DNA from: Mobula hypostoma | Taxonomy: Eukaryota | NCBI RefSeq assembly: GCF_963921235.1 | Contig: NC_086102.1 | Location: 43,958,001-44,022,000 of the forward strand | Reading direction: 5' to 3' | DNA: 64,000 bases | In this document: one piece after another, positions 62,417 through 64,000 of the stretch | Position numbering within the stretch: the stretch's first letter is position 1 | Layout of the letters: each line of letters begins with the position of its first letter | Notes under the pieces: generated by a model | Databases searched by the model: none | What the model was told of the DNA's origin: nothing | The model's input: only the letters and a program-made list of their open reading frames with translations | Program-made: the position numbers and the translations under genes

Positions 62417-63329
62417 TGGCAGACTGGCGGAAAGTTTAATTAAACAACTCTTCAATCGTTCCAAGCATTGGCCGTCTTGCACTGACAACTGATGAAATAG
62501 GCAAACGAGAAGCTGGAATTTGTAAATAACCACTGAAAATATTTTCTGAAAAGCTAGCAGATGCACTTAAGTAAAAACGAAAACATTTTGGCAACGTTCA
62601 GCAGGTCAGAGAGCATCCAGAGAAAAATATGAGAAAAAATTTTTATCATTTCTGAGAGAAAGTGTGATTCAAGAGACTCAGGGGTAATGCTGTGCTGGAA
62701 GAACAAGGTGAATGAGCAGCATCTGTGGGAGGGAAGTTCGCATGGAGACGCTGCATCGGTACTGAGTTATCGTTTCATTGAGACATGAAACAGAAAAGCA
62801 GAAAATATGTCGCTGCCGGACTTGCTGAGAGGAGCATCTTAAGTTCTCATTTCAGCAAATGATCACCTGCTTTAAGAGATCGATCACTCAAGCGAGGTGA
62901 GGACTTGTCCGCTGTGAATGGTTGGTATCGAGAAATACCGGCTGAGTCTTAGAGTCACGGAACAATAGGGCCCGAACGCAGCGCCGTCGGTTCAACCAGC
63001 CCACGCAGACCACGTTATCCATCTCTAGCCAGTTCCAATTTCCTGCATTCAGCCCATATCCCTCCAGGCCCCTTCCCTCAAGTGGTTCTTATATAATACT
63101 ATTGCACATGATTTTTGCACTATTTAGAAATTTTATGTCTTATCACTGTACCGCTGCCACGAATTCTGCGACATATTTCAATATTAATAAACCTGATTCT
63201 CATTCTGATACTGGTTTTTCCTCAACCACTTCTTCTGGCAGCTTGTTCCCTATACTCATCACCCTCTGCGTGGGAAAAGTTGTCCCTGGGATCCCTTTTA
63301 AATTTCCCCCCTCATCCTAAATTTATGCC

Positions 63330-64000
63330 TGTCATAAGTGGGGTGCTGGGAGCGGACCCAAATGCAAGACACAGACACTGAAGTACTAGGAACCGGACTA
63401 GAGTTAGGGACGGGACTGGATGCAGACTAGGAGCTGGGACAAGAACACAGACTTGGGCTAGGACTTGACTAGGAAAGCGGGACCTGGACGAGGAACTAGG
63501 AACTTGGAACCTGGACAAGGACTCCGAGCCAGAGACTGGACAAGGACCCGAAACCTGGGTCTTGACTCGGGCTCGGACCCCGGATCCAAGCAAGGAGATG
63601 ACGTGGCTACAGGACTGGACGACGCACATGGACAGGACGAGAACACAAAGCCTGACTTGGACAGGACTTGGACTAGACGAGGTTCTTGGACGTGGCCAGG
63701 ACTAGACGAGGTTCTTGGACAGGACGAGAGACTCCAGCACAGGACGAAGGAACTCCAGCACCGGGCTGGACGAGAACACGAAACCCTGATTTGGTCGACG
63801 GAAAGACAGGAACGCAGAGCCTTGGTCGAGGGAGAGAGGAACATGGAACACAGAGCCGGGACCCCTCCTTGGGAACAGGACGTAGGGCCAGGACTCATAC
63901 ACAGAATGCAGAACACAACGAGATGTTTCTCAACACTAGGTAGCAGCAAACGGCCAGACCTACCTAGCGAAGGTGTGGACACAGAGACAGTTCAAAACAA
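63330..64000. mobile_element. LTR-like repeat with internal tandem arrays, truncated by the window end
   Basis: Similar to 4682-5480 from TGTCATAAG onward. Confidence 0.65.

Noticed and set aside
63458-63982. 174-aa ORF (and similar ORFs at 4867-5445)
   Set aside because: These come from GC-rich tandem repeats in an LTR-like element that have few stop codons.

Overview
Vertebrate, most likely elasmobranch (ray/shark-type) DNA; this is inferred from the repeat families and is not proven. Roughly two thirds is decayed mobile DNA: CR1-, Rex1-, Nimb/I- and Penelope-type retroposons, hAT and Tc1 DNA transposons, Gypsy LTR remnants, and a 5.6-kb retrovirus-like LTR element with a tRNA-Leu PBS that lacks RT/RNase H. 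The main host signal is on the minus strand at 37.2-62.3 kb. It is a compact non-rearranging Ig-superfamily gene: leader, a single-exon germline VJ domain, and two C1 exons that are a recent 873-bp tandem duplicate (~96% identical). Downstream lie phase-compatible stalk, TM and cytoplasmic exons that end in an ITIM/ITSM-bearing exon. Spliced together they give a 483-aa SIRPalpha-like V-C1-C1 inhibitory receptor. The sequence also allows two separate genes: a truncated or secreted VJ-C1-C1 protein, plus a small transmembrane adaptor. Several Penelope-derived repeats carry minimal hammerhead-ribozyme-like motifs, some in palindromes. All exon calls were made by eye from splice signals and reading frame, with no database searches.
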